IMG/VR virus record: IMGVR_UViG_3300010162_000002
From: a virus
Reading direction: 5' to 3' (one strand)
Length of the DNA stretch: 51,678 nucleotides
The number at the start of each line of letters is the position of its first letter. The first letter of the stretch is position 1. Both the position numbers and the translations under genes were made by a program. Below the pieces are notes generated by a model that searched no databases, was not told the origin of the DNA, and worked only from the letters and a program-made list of their open reading frames with translations. Positions 37,225 to 45,290 of the stretch are shown piece after piece.

Positions 37225-37653
37225 TTAATCTGTTTTACTAAGAGCATCCACCCCTGCTGAAAAGATTTCTGACAGCGTTGCGTCTAGTGCATCGGATTTC
37301 GCTTTTACGGCAGCGGGTATCCATGTAGCGATTTGGACTTTGTCATCTTGCGGAAGATTAAAAATTGCCTCATATTCATCCGTGTCCAGCCTTTCTTCTG
37401 CCCATTCCTGGGCTTGGGTAATGGTAATAGGTCGGATTCTGGCCCCTGGACGCGAGCTATGTTGTTCCACTTTCTCCCCATAGGGACTTGCCGCATTCCC
37501 CTCCCCATATATGAAATACTCTCCAGTGATTTTTATGAATAGTATTTCTTGGTACCATTGGTGATCACTGACAGCCGCTGTGGCACAGCTATATGTGGCC
37601 AATTTTTTCGCTGTTGATATGTCATACACCTTGCCTTTGATTATTTTTTTCAT
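37225..37653 (-). CDS. hypothetical protein (142 aa)
   Basis: ggagcc/aagaaggag RBS region. Last gene of a 3-gene leftward operon. Confidence 0.55.
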   Translation of the reverse strand: MKKIIKGKVYDISTAKKLATYSCATAAVSDHQWYQEILFIKITGEYFIYGEGNAASPYGEKVEQHSSRPGARIRPITITQAQEWAEERLDTDEYEAIFNLPQDDKVQIATWIPAAVKAKSDALDATLSEIFSAGVDALSKTD

Positions 37654-37705
37654 GCCAGGCTCCTTCTTTCTAAGTCAATTCCAAGTTGAATCAAGGTAAA
37701 TTTCA

Positions 37706-38077
37706 CTAAATGTCTATACCCTCAAATATTATGCTTTTTACACTATCTACGTATTTAGTTGAATTGATGTCAGTCCCATTTTCCAAGGAAGTCTTGTAAA
37801 ATTCGCAGACATTATCCCACCTATAGTGAAGATGCACATCTTCATCATACCCGCACAGTCTTAACACTTGCTCGATTGCTTTGCAATACCCCTCCATTCT
37901 CGTGTGAATTTTATTTGCCTCATCCATCGCCTCTTCGAAGCTGTCACCAAATGTATAGTCGCTAAAGCCTAATCCTTGTGCATGTCTTTCTGCCGCACTC
38001 TTTAAGTTGTGATACTCCTCTGCACTAACTTGGAATGCGATTGCTACCCCTCTTGTAAATTCGTTGATTTTTAACAT
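37706..38077 (-). CDS. hypothetical acidic protein (123 aa)
   Basis: aaagggga RBS. No motif recognised. Confidence 0.55.
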   Translation of the reverse strand: MLKINEFTRGVAIAFQVSAEEYHNLKSAAERHAQGLGFSDYTFGDSFEEAMDEANKIHTRMEGYCKAIEQVLRLCGYDEDVHLHYRWDNVCEFYKTSLENGTDINSTKYVDSVKSIIFEGIDI

Positions 38078-38107
38078 TTCTAAATCCCCTTTCTGTTGAT
38101 GGTGGAA

Positions 38108-38581
38108 TTATGCAACCTGCCATAATGTGCCGTATTCACATGCAATTTCGTCAATAATCTTTTTTAATTGATCTATTCCGTCTTTACGATATACGCGCAC
38201 TACATCTCCGATTTTTGCCCCTTTAGCCGACACTCCCCAGCCTCCATCGTATCTAACCCAGGTCGCGCTCACAATACCATTGGCTTGATCTGCAACACTT
38301 TTGATTGCGGAGTCAATTTTTACAGAAGCAATTTTCTGGTCGTTTGCTTTATTAAAACTCATCACAAGGCTCAGTGCTGCCATTGCTACGTCAAATGTTT
38401 GCTCTGTAGCTTGCATGTAAGAGATCATTTTTTCAAGGCTTAAGATATCTTTGCGAATGTAGTTTGAAAAATTGTAAGAAATTTTATATGCCGCTTTAAG
38501 TGCTGTGCCGAACTCTGCTCTTGTGGTACAACCTGAATTTTTGTACATTGTCCATGCTAGTGTCATAATTTGCTTTTTCAT
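38108..38581 (-). CDS. hypothetical protein (157 aa); N-terminus resembles that of 47144..47515
   Basis: aagggagag RBS. Shares the pattern IM..AW.MY(K/N)...F..ALK.(A/S)(Y/W) with the first early-operon gene. Confidence 0.55.
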   Translation of the reverse strand: MKKQIMTLAWTMYKNSGCTTRAEFGTALKAAYKISYNFSNYIRKDILSLEKMISYMQATEQTFDVAMAALSLVMSFNKANDQKIASVKIDSAIKSVADQANGIVSATWVRYDGGWGVSAKGAKIGDVVRVYRKDGIDQLKKIIDEIACEYGTLWQVA

Positions 38582-38626
38582 ATTTATCTCTCCCTTGGAT
38601 TGTTTGATTTTCTTGACCGCAAAGAT

Positions 38627-38655
38627 AGTATAGCATGATACTAGTATATTGTCAA
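38627..38655 (-). promoter_or_regulatory. sigma-70 promoter TTGACA-17-TATACT (minus strand) for the leftward trio
   Basis: Reverse complement of 38650-38655 is TTGACA and of 38627-38632 is TATACT. Confidence 0.55.
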
Positions 38656-38700
38656 CACTTTTTTTGAAAAAAAATTAAAATATTTTGAAGGGATGAAATT

Positions 38701-39237
38701 ATGCAAATCAGTATGGAAGAATTCCGGCAAAGACTCGCTAGACTAGAGGCCCCAGAAGCAAAATTTGGGGATGCGGAAATTGAAAGAATGCACAAGATCG
38801 GAATCCGACTTGTGAAAGCCCTACGCGCCGTGTATGGGAAGGGGCTTGACCGTCTCACGCTATGGGATCGCATTTCGAATGGCATAATGAATGCTGGAAC
38901 CCGATCGCAAGGCAAGGGCGGTGATTTTTTAGCAAATCTATTAGAATTCGTAAAAGCAGATATCAACATTGCTGTCGGAAACCCCCTGTTGCTAGAGGTG
39001 CATGAGGATATTAAAGCCATGACACCAGAAGAGAAGCGTTTTTTTATCAGGACGTGTATGTCTAGTCGCAGATTGCTATGCCTTGAAGCGAGAGATGACA
39101 TAGAATCGGAGAAAGACGACCTAGCAATGATTCGCAAGCAGATAGGCAAAGAATTTGTCGCAAGAGGGCCAGACAACACCATTGTAGGATTTGATACCTA
39201 TGCAGAACTTAAAAATTGGAGGCAAAACAATGAATGA
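38701..39237 (+). CDS. helical 178-aa protein; first gene of the RAMP/radical-SAM operon (possible Cas11-like small subunit)
   Basis: gaaggga RBS. Predicted all-helical and charged. ATGAATGA coupling to the next gene. The Cas11 analogy rests only on size and position. Confidence 0.45.
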   Translation: MQISMEEFRQRLARLEAPEAKFGDAEIERMHKIGIRLVKALRAVYGKGLDRLTLWDRISNGIMNAGTRSQGKGGDFLANLLEFVKADINIAVGNPLLLEVHEDIKAMTPEEKRFFIRTCMSSRRLLCLEARDDIESEKDDLAMIRKQIGKEFVARGPDNTIVGFDTYAELKNWRQNNE

Positions 39238-40231
39238 GATTAAATTCGCTCGGATTCATGGGATTTTAACATGCCTTTCGCCCCTCACGCATATGGCGGG
39301 TATTTCAGGAAATGAGGCTTTGATAAATCGCCATACGGTAATAAATGGAGGGCAACTGTACGATGTGCCAGTGCTTTCTGGCAATGCTCTTCGACACGTT
39401 CTTGTCCGGGAGCCTGGGGCAGATTTCATATACAATGCCTGTGAATTACATGATAGCCTAAATGTTAACCAAGCATGGTTTATGTATAATGGTGGTAGCC
39501 TTACAGATTCTACTATCAGTGATAATTTAAAGAAAATAGCGGCGATGCAAGAATTGCTGCCTTTATATAGGCTTCTTGGTGGAAGCCTTACGAATCAAGT
39601 ACTTGCAGGCAGTATTCACGTAGGCGTGGGACGGCTTTTTTGTGAAGAAGAGCGAGAAAATCTTGAAAAATTATTACCCCCGAGCTTGGCGGCACTGCCT
39701 ATTAAGATGAGATCTTGCGAGGATTATATCGGCAAATACCAATATACACGCACCGATATCCAAAGGATGCGAGGCATTGCAAAGACTAGCGAAGAATCAG
39801 AAGGTGCCGAAAAGGCTAACCTTATGATTTATAGCGGACAAAATGTCATTGCCGGTGCAAAATTTTACGTGCCATTGACACTTAAAAATATTTCAAAAAT
39901 GGAATTGGGCGCATTTGTTGCGGCGGTAAGTGACTGGCAAGAGTCTAGCGGTACGGTCGGGGGAATGGCGCGTATTGGTCATGGCCAAATGCATTTTGAA
40001 TTCACCATTGAAGGAAAGGATTTCGCCGGAAAACAGCTAGAAAGCGAAGACCTGGCGATGCTCGCAGACAAATACCGAACCTACACTGTGGAGAACAAAG
40101 ATGCTATAAGAGTATGGTTAGATGAGACTTTTCCTGCGAAAAAACCAAAGGCAGTAAAGCCAAAAAGAGATAAAGCAAAGGGAGACACAGAGCAACTTGC
40201 ACTTGATTTTTTTGGGGCAGTTGATGAGTAA
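39230..40231 (+). CDS. Cas7-like RAMP protein (Csf2/Csm3/Cmr4-like), 333 aa
   Basis: Four RAMP-like motifs: IKFARIHGILTCLSPLTH; DVPVLSGNALRHVLVRE (compare the RAMP P.IPGSSLKG.LR motif); LLGGSL..AGSIHVGVG; and the C-terminal Gly-rich loop GTVGGMARIGHGQMHF. ggagg RBS. Confidence 0.55.
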   Translation: MNEIKFARIHGILTCLSPLTHMAGISGNEALINRHTVINGGQLYDVPVLSGNALRHVLVREPGADFIYNACELHDSLNVNQAWFMYNGGSLTDSTISDNLKKIAAMQELLPLYRLLGGSLTNQVLAGSIHVGVGRLFCEEERENLEKLLPPSLAALPIKMRSCEDYIGKYQYTRTDIQRMRGIAKTSEESEGAEKANLMIYSGQNVIAGAKFYVPLTLKNISKMELGAFVAAVSDWQESSGTVGGMARIGHGQMHFEFTIEGKDFAGKQLESEDLAMLADKYRTYTVENKDAIRVWLDETFPAKKPKAVKPKRDKAKGDTEQLALDFFGAVDE

Positions 40232-40572
40232 TGGGGATTGTTGCGAATGAATGCAGGAGTGCAGCAGCACTAGCACGCGAATTAGGCTATGATCGCACCA
40301 CCATCGTTGAATGGATAAAATCCAATAAAATCACAGCAAAAAAAAGACGCACGGATAAATGTCCTTGGCTCATCCATAAAAAATGGTTTCGTCCAGAATT
40401 TATAAATAAACATAAAAAATTCAAGAGAAGGTTATCGTCCTGGACGCGACATGAAATCCGAACATTGCAGTATTACATTAATACCCCTATATCGAAATTG
40501 CTCATACTTCTGCCGAATCGCACAAAGAATGCAATTAAAGTAAAGCGATCAAGAGAAAGGCGTAAACTATGA
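40231..40572 (+). CDS. basic double HTH protein (excisionase/MerR-like N-terminus, Myb/SANT-like C-terminus)
   Basis: AAALARELGYDRTTIVEWIKSNKI and SWTRHEIRTLQYY...RTKNAIKVKR. TAATG and ATGA overlaps with both flanking genes. Confidence 0.55.
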   Translation: MGIVANECRSAAALARELGYDRTTIVEWIKSNKITAKKRRTDKCPWLIHKKWFRPEFINKHKKFKRRLSSWTRHEIRTLQYYINTPISKLLILLPNRTKNAIKVKRSRERRKL

Positions 40573-41258
40573 AGAATCAAGTGAAAAACTATAAAATAAC
40601 GGCATGGATGGCATCTCCCCTTGCCGGAGATCCTCCAATGCTTGACGCTATCCTTGGCGATGAATTAGCGTGTCGTCTTGGCAAGAGACATCACAAAAAA
40701 ACAGGCAGATGGACACCGGCAAATGAAATTGAAGAATTGCCAATACCGCTTTGCTACACCAAAATGCAAAGCAGAAAGATAGTAAACTGCTCTAATCCCA
40801 TAATGCCGAAACCGCAAGCAGAATGGACGGCGAATATTGCAAAAAGATTTAATTCATCAAGGATGGCACTACTAATTGCCCCAGAATATCGCAAGAGCAT
40901 AATGACTGCATCCGGCCCATACAAGTCAAAATTTGACAAAGTGCGCGTACGATTAATCGACCGCGTGTGCTGGTTTGTGCGTGGGGATCGAGAACAAGTC
41001 AATAAATTGCTAAAAGCAATTCACTCTATAGGTGCGCACAGGGGAATAGGATATGGTCAAGTATGGCAGTGGACATTTGACGAAATGGAAGATAATTATA
41101 GTATTTTTGCACCGTGTAATGGTAAAATAGTTTTGATGCGCACATTGCCTAAGGAATGCAATCTCGATAATGTGTGTGGATACCGCAAATCATACGGTGG
41201 CTGGATGCCACCATATTGGCATCCAGCCTTTCAGGCGGAGGTGGCAATTCCGTGTTAA
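40569..41258 (+). CDS. Cas5-like RAMP protein (Csf3-like), 229 aa
   Basis: N-terminal YKITAWMASPLAGDPPMLDAILGDELA and a Gly-rich loop HSIGAHRGIGYGQVW near the end of the core. No catalytic Cas6-like histidine context recognised. Confidence 0.45.
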   Translation: MKNQVKNYKITAWMASPLAGDPPMLDAILGDELACRLGKRHHKKTGRWTPANEIEELPIPLCYTKMQSRKIVNCSNPIMPKPQAEWTANIAKRFNSSRMALLIAPEYRKSIMTASGPYKSKFDKVRVRLIDRVCWFVRGDREQVNKLLKAIHSIGAHRGIGYGQVWQWTFDEMEDNYSIFAPCNGKIVLMRTLPKECNLDNVCGYRKSYGGWMPPYWHPAFQAEVAIPC

Positions 41259-42625
41259 AAATAATGGCATATCAAAATACTGCGTACGCAGGTAGACTTG
41301 GAGAAAAACAGGCAGCAAATAAGTTGGGGACTTATTTTGCAGGATTAAAGGTAATCGTGGATAGCCTTCAAAGAAATGGATATGACGTGGACTGGGGCGG
41401 TTGTGAGGACGTATCAAAGTATAATATAATCCTTGTGAGCATTACATCATCAAAAGACTGGCTTCCATTTCTCGCCGAGCGCGTAAAATGGGGCAAAGGT
41501 ATATATAAAGTGATTGTGGGAGGGGCAGGGGCAATGAATCCTCGCCCCTTTTTGCCGTTCGTGGATTGCTTTGTACTAGGACGCGGCGAGAATCTAATTA
41601 TTGACATTGTTAAAGGGCTAGAGAAAGATGTCCGACACGTAAACGAATCAGTCATATGGTCCAATTTATACAGTAATGATGATGAATACTATTTCCGCCA
41701 AGAGTCTTTATACCCACACAGAGTATTTCTTGATGACGGTGAAACCCATTTAAATAAATTCCAACGAAAAGCGCGCGTATTTGAAGAGAAATCTATGGGG
41801 TGTCCTTATAAGTGCTTATTTTGTGCGTACTCGCATCATCGCAAGCATATTGACAGTACTAAGGGAGATGGGATGTTTCGAGGCGCGATCATTCACGAAT
41901 TGCGCGAAATGTGCATGCTTGATATCATAAGAAATAAAGATAAGATAGATCTTGGAATGCTCCGCATCTGCGCCCTTGATGGAATATCAGAGCGGCTTCG
42001 ATTTAACGCTGGTAAAATGATTAGTCGCGAAAATTTCCGCGAATTCCTTAAAATTATACTTCTTCGCAATAAGAATATGCGATTTAAATTGTATAATATA
42101 GTCGGAATGCCTACAGAGTGCGAAGATGATTACTTTGAATTCATTGAAGATGTAGACTATGTGGACAAAAACACAAGGTCAGGCGCTCATGTACAAATAG
42201 AATTGCATAATACTCCATTTCAGGCAATGCCAGCTACGCCTGCCGCTTGCTGGCCCATGTCATACAGGAATTACAGGGGAATTATTGCCAATACTTTGAT
42301 GAAAGCGAGTGCATCCCAGCGATTAGAGGGCAAGGGAAGGTGTTATGATGGAGATCATTTTACTGTATGTGAAAGTATATATACCGAAACTTTGCCGTCT
42401 ACAGCATTGCAAGCTATTTGCCACAGAGGTACGGAAAAAGATAGTGATAACATCCGGAAGCTTGCATTAAAATGGCACAATTACGACAAGCTTAGCGGCG
42501 AAGCAAAGCTTACTGTGCTAAGTCAGGGGTTTGATTTGAAAACTATCTTCGGAGAGTTTTCAGCAGAGACATTACCGACTCGAAATATCAAGACATATAA
42601 AGATGTATTGACGGCTCGGGCCTGA
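41252..42625 (+). CDS. radical SAM enzyme with an N-terminal B12-binding-like domain
   Basis: CPYKCLFC (CX3CX2C) preceded by a Rossmann-like N-terminal domain (NIILVSITSS...VIVGGAGA). GTG at 41252 lies 10 nt after GGAGGTGG and overlaps the upstream stop. Alternative ATG at 41264. Confidence 0.8.
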   Translation: MLKIMAYQNTAYAGRLGEKQAANKLGTYFAGLKVIVDSLQRNGYDVDWGGCEDVSKYNIILVSITSSKDWLPFLAERVKWGKGIYKVIVGGAGAMNPRPFLPFVDCFVLGRGENLIIDIVKGLEKDVRHVNESVIWSNLYSNDDEYYFRQESLYPHRVFLDDGETHLNKFQRKARVFEEKSMGCPYKCLFCAYSHHRKHIDSTKGDGMFRGAIIHELREMCMLDIIRNKDKIDLGMLRICALDGISERLRFNAGKMISRENFREFLKIILLRNKNMRFKLYNIVGMPTECEDDYFEFIEDVDYVDKNTRSGAHVQIELHNTPFQAMPATPAACWPMSYRNYRGIIANTLMKASASQRLEGKGRCYDGDHFTVCESIYTETLPSTALQAICHRGTEKDSDNIRKLALKWHNYDKLSGEAKLTVLSQGFDLKTIFGEFSAETLPTRNIKTYKDVLTARA

Positions 42626-42663
42626 CTACTCATTTGACTACACTACTACATTTTTGACTACAC
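42623..42663 (+). repeat. three direct TGACTAC(AC) repeats (42623, 42635, 42655); possible integrase arm-type sites
   Basis: Read directly. TTTGACTACAC occurs twice with a 20-bp period. Confidence 0.5.
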
Positions 42664-42698
42664 AAATCGGGTCCATTCTAAGCACTTTGAAGTAAATT

Positions 42699-42735
42699 AA
42701 AACCCCTTGCAAGCGTTGAATTTGCAAAGGGTTTT
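42699..42735. terminator. bidirectional hairpin terminator
   Basis: AAAACCCCTTGCAA-loop-TTGCAAAGGGTTTT (14 bp with one mismatch). Confidence 0.55.
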
Positions 42736-42740
42736 GCTAT

Positions 42741-42787
42741 CGCACGAGAAAGGATTCGAACCCTCGACCCTCTGATCCGAAGTCGTG
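42741..42787 (-). other. attP core: 3' portion of a tRNA-Arg(UCG)-like gene (anticodon loop to acceptor end)
   Basis: The minus strand reads GACTTCGGATCAGAGGGTCGAGGGTTCGAATCCTTTCTCGTGCG. There is no matching 5' anticodon-stem strand or D-arm upstream. Adjacent to the integrase. Confidence 0.6.
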
Positions 42788-42822
42788 CGCTCCTATATGG
42801 AAAGCCAAGTATTCTCAGGCGT

Positions 42823-43959
42823 TCAGGCCTCATTGACTATATCTTGACTACTGGAGATATATGAATCTATCTTATCTGCTGCTCCACCAACTTTGCCTTT
42901 GTCCAAATGCGTGTATATATCCATAGTCATCGCCAAGGTCGAATGCCCTAGTAGATACTGAGCCGTTTTCACGTCTACCCCGGCATAGAATAACATTGTT
43001 GCATACGAATGCCTAAAGATGTGTGGTGTGATATCTGATGGTAAAATCCAGTTATCAGGTGCTCCACCGAGGGCAGTGTTAAGCCCATCTGCTATTTTAC
43101 CCCAAAATCGCCTATACACTGTCACGGTCATTAATTCTCCGGCGGCCGAAGGGAATACAATTTCATCCCTTGCCGTCATCCTATGCGCCTTTAGTGCCAA
43201 GAATAACGCTTCTGGCATGGGGATGTCTCTATTTCCTGCGTCTGATTTTGGCATAGGCTTTATCCATGTTTTATTTCCGTGATTTGTCCATGCTTTACTT
43301 ACTCGCACTGTGTTTGCATCAAAATCAATGTCCGCCCAGTTCAAAGAAAGTGCCTCGCTTCGTCTAAGCCCCGCATACAGTAATACGCAATAGAACGCTC
43401 TTGATTTGGCATCCAGTATGGCGGATTCGAATGCGATTCTTTCACTGTCCTTAATGGCCCTCTTTTTTGGCTTTACCTTTTTTGGTAATTCTATCAGCTC
43501 TGCCGGACTTTTCGCCATTATATTATTTTCAACAGCTCGTCTAAATATTTGCTTAAGCGATAAAGCGGCTTGCTCCGTTGCTCTTGTCAATCCCTTGTTG
43601 CGCATTTCATTTATAAGCCGTTGTACATGAAATGGGCGAATATCCCTTAATTTGATATGGCCCAATGTTGGCACTATATGAACTCTTACCATAGTCTCAT
43701 ACATAGAATATGTTTTGCTGCCCGATCCCATCTTATATGTTCTTAGCCACTCCTGCGCCCATTCTGAGACGGTCATTCCACCATCCTTGACGATTGTGCC
43801 GGTCCCGACCTGTCGCCGCAATTCGGCGGCCTTTTCTTCCAATTCGCGGATAGTTTTGGCGTAAATAGTTTTCCGCTGTGGCTTTCCGTCCGGCTTGACA
43901 CCTATCACTACATGGGTACAATATCGCCCATCTGCACGTTTTTTATATTTTGCTGGCAT
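42823..43959 (-). CDS. int: tyrosine site-specific integrase
   Basis: C-terminal catalytic region with GLRRSE, HIFRHSYATMLFYAG, LLGHSTLAMTMDIYTH. N-terminal SAM-like domain. Confidence 0.95.
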   Translation of the reverse strand: MPAKYKKRADGRYCTHVVIGVKPDGKPQRKTIYAKTIRELEEKAAELRRQVGTGTIVKDGGMTVSEWAQEWLRTYKMGSGSKTYSMYETMVRVHIVPTLGHIKLRDIRPFHVQRLINEMRNKGLTRATEQAALSLKQIFRRAVENNIMAKSPAELIELPKKVKPKKRAIKDSERIAFESAILDAKSRAFYCVLLYAGLRRSEALSLNWADIDFDANTVRVSKAWTNHGNKTWIKPMPKSDAGNRDIPMPEALFLALKAHRMTARDEIVFPSAAGELMTVTVYRRFWGKIADGLNTALGGAPDNWILPSDITPHIFRHSYATMLFYAGVDVKTAQYLLGHSTLAMTMDIYTHLDKGKVGGAADKIDSYISSSQDIVNEA

Positions 43960-43970
43960 AATTCCAAGCT

Positions 43971-44192
43971 CTACATAATCAGCATTAAAATGCTGAAAAT
44001 TGTTAGTAAAAACATTAGAATTGGCAGTAGACAGCCACCGCCTGTTATCATCCGGCCGACTTTGCGTTGCCTGCCAGCCCTAGTGGTTGGTATGCCTGTT
44101 GTCCTTGCAATTTTGCGCTTAGCGGCGGTTACACCTAGTGCTCTCTTTGGGGAGAATGATAGTCCCGGTATTCCTTTTTTACGTCTAGCCAT
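43971..44192 (-). CDS. small basic membrane-anchored protein
   Basis: Arg/Lys-rich N-terminus and C-terminal transmembrane segment LLPILMFLLTIFSILMLIM. Confidence 0.45.
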   Translation of the reverse strand: MARRKKGIPGLSFSPKRALGVTAAKRKIARTTGIPTTRAGRQRKVGRMITGGGCLLPILMFLLTIFSILMLIM

Positions 44193-44982
44193 TTCTCACC
44201 TCTCCGAAATCTAATCCTACTAACTTTTGCTGTATTTTTTCCAATTCTTTTTCCAGTCGATTTCTTTTTGATTTTAATTTTTCTGTCGCTAATAGGGCAT
44301 CTATTTCATTAATTCGTGCATATAGCTGCTCTTGACTTTCAGATTCTAGCGGTTTTTTACTATTTTTAGACTTGGGCTTAGCGGCATTAGCCTTACGCTC
44401 TAACTTTTCGATTCGTCCTTGGAATCCCCCTTTTGTCGAGTCTGTAAGGTTGTGTACTAAAGCCGATCTGCAAACCTTTATAGCGTTCGGGAAATCTCCC
44501 AGCTTTTCATGGATCATGGCAAGCCTTTGAAATGAAGGAATTCTTATATCTATGGTGCCGTCCGCATCCATCTGTGCAATCTTTTCAATATTCCCTATCT
44601 CAGCATCTAGGCGCGATTCCTCATTATAATAAGGGTAGCGCATATCCTGCCCTTTGCGCCGATTCAGATACGCCTCTCTAAATTTAGGGTACAGCTCTAT
44701 GTCTTTTATGCAAAATTCCATGCATTTAAGTAGCATTTTCTCATCTTCGCGATGGTAGTAGGTATGCTCGATTTGCTCACTATAATAGTAATGTAGTTTT
44801 ATTATCTCATCATCCGATATTGTATTTCCGATTTCTATGCTAGGCGCGCTTTGCATATTTACCAAATTCGGTTGTTTTGGCTTAAAGCTCCCCATCCACC
44901 TAGATAAACCGCCATGCTTTTTTATGTTAATAAAACAAAATGCGGCGAGCCCAATCACGATAACACCAATAAATACATCCAT
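44185..44982 (-). CDS. membrane-anchored protein with helical-repeat and coiled-coil regions
   Basis: N-terminal transmembrane segment VFIGVIVIGLAAFCFI and a Lys-rich coiled-coil C-terminus. Confidence 0.5.
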   Translation of the reverse strand: MDVFIGVIVIGLAAFCFINIKKHGGLSRWMGSFKPKQPNLVNMQSAPSIEIGNTISDDEIIKLHYYYSEQIEHTYYHREDEKMLLKCMEFCIKDIELYPKFREAYLNRRKGQDMRYPYYNEESRLDAEIGNIEKIAQMDADGTIDIRIPSFQRLAMIHEKLGDFPNAIKVCRSALVHNLTDSTKGGFQGRIEKLERKANAAKPKSKNSKKPLESESQEQLYARINEIDALLATEKLKSKRNRLEKELEKIQQKLVGLDFGEVRNG

Positions 44983-45038
44983 CTACCTACCAACTCCCTA
45001 TGCCCGCGCGCAACCGCTCCATAATATACAAACAGCAA

Positions 45039-45290
45039 TTACACCCTCCAGCGATTGCCGCAAGATTGACATACCGCCTCTGTGTGCGTTTTGGATTTTG
45101 TTTTACTGTTTGTGAGCAGTGGAATAATCAGGATTAATCCAAGCGTAAGAAAAGCCAGGGTAATCCAGATTAGCCAGCCGAAACATCCGCGACGTTTTGT
45201 TTTGACGCTAGTAACAGCCTGTACATTAACATTGTTTGAGCCACATTTTCTACAAGTCATAAGAATCTCCTTTTTTTGCGTCATGCGCAA
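45039..45290 (-). CDS. zinc-ribbon membrane protein
   Basis: CRKCGS...CQSCGN flanking a transmembrane segment (WLIWITLAFLTLGLILIIPLL). Confidence 0.5.
   Translation of the reverse strand: MRMTQKKEILMTCRKCGSNNVNVQAVTSVKTKRRGCFGWLIWITLAFLTLGLILIIPLLTNSKTKSKTHTEAVCQSCGNRWRV

Noticed and set aside
38652-39182. 176-aa minus-strand ORF overlapping the first gene of the RAMP operon
   Set aside because: The plus-strand ORF has an RBS and is translationally coupled to the downstream genes. The minus ORF would start inside that operon and run into the divergent promoter region.
42741-42820. A complete tRNA gene on the minus strand next to the integrase
   Set aside because: Only the region from the anticodon loop to the 3' end folds like a tRNA. 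The would-be 5' anticodon-stem strand (CACGA versus the required TCTGA) and the D-arm region do not pair, so it is an attP core fragment.
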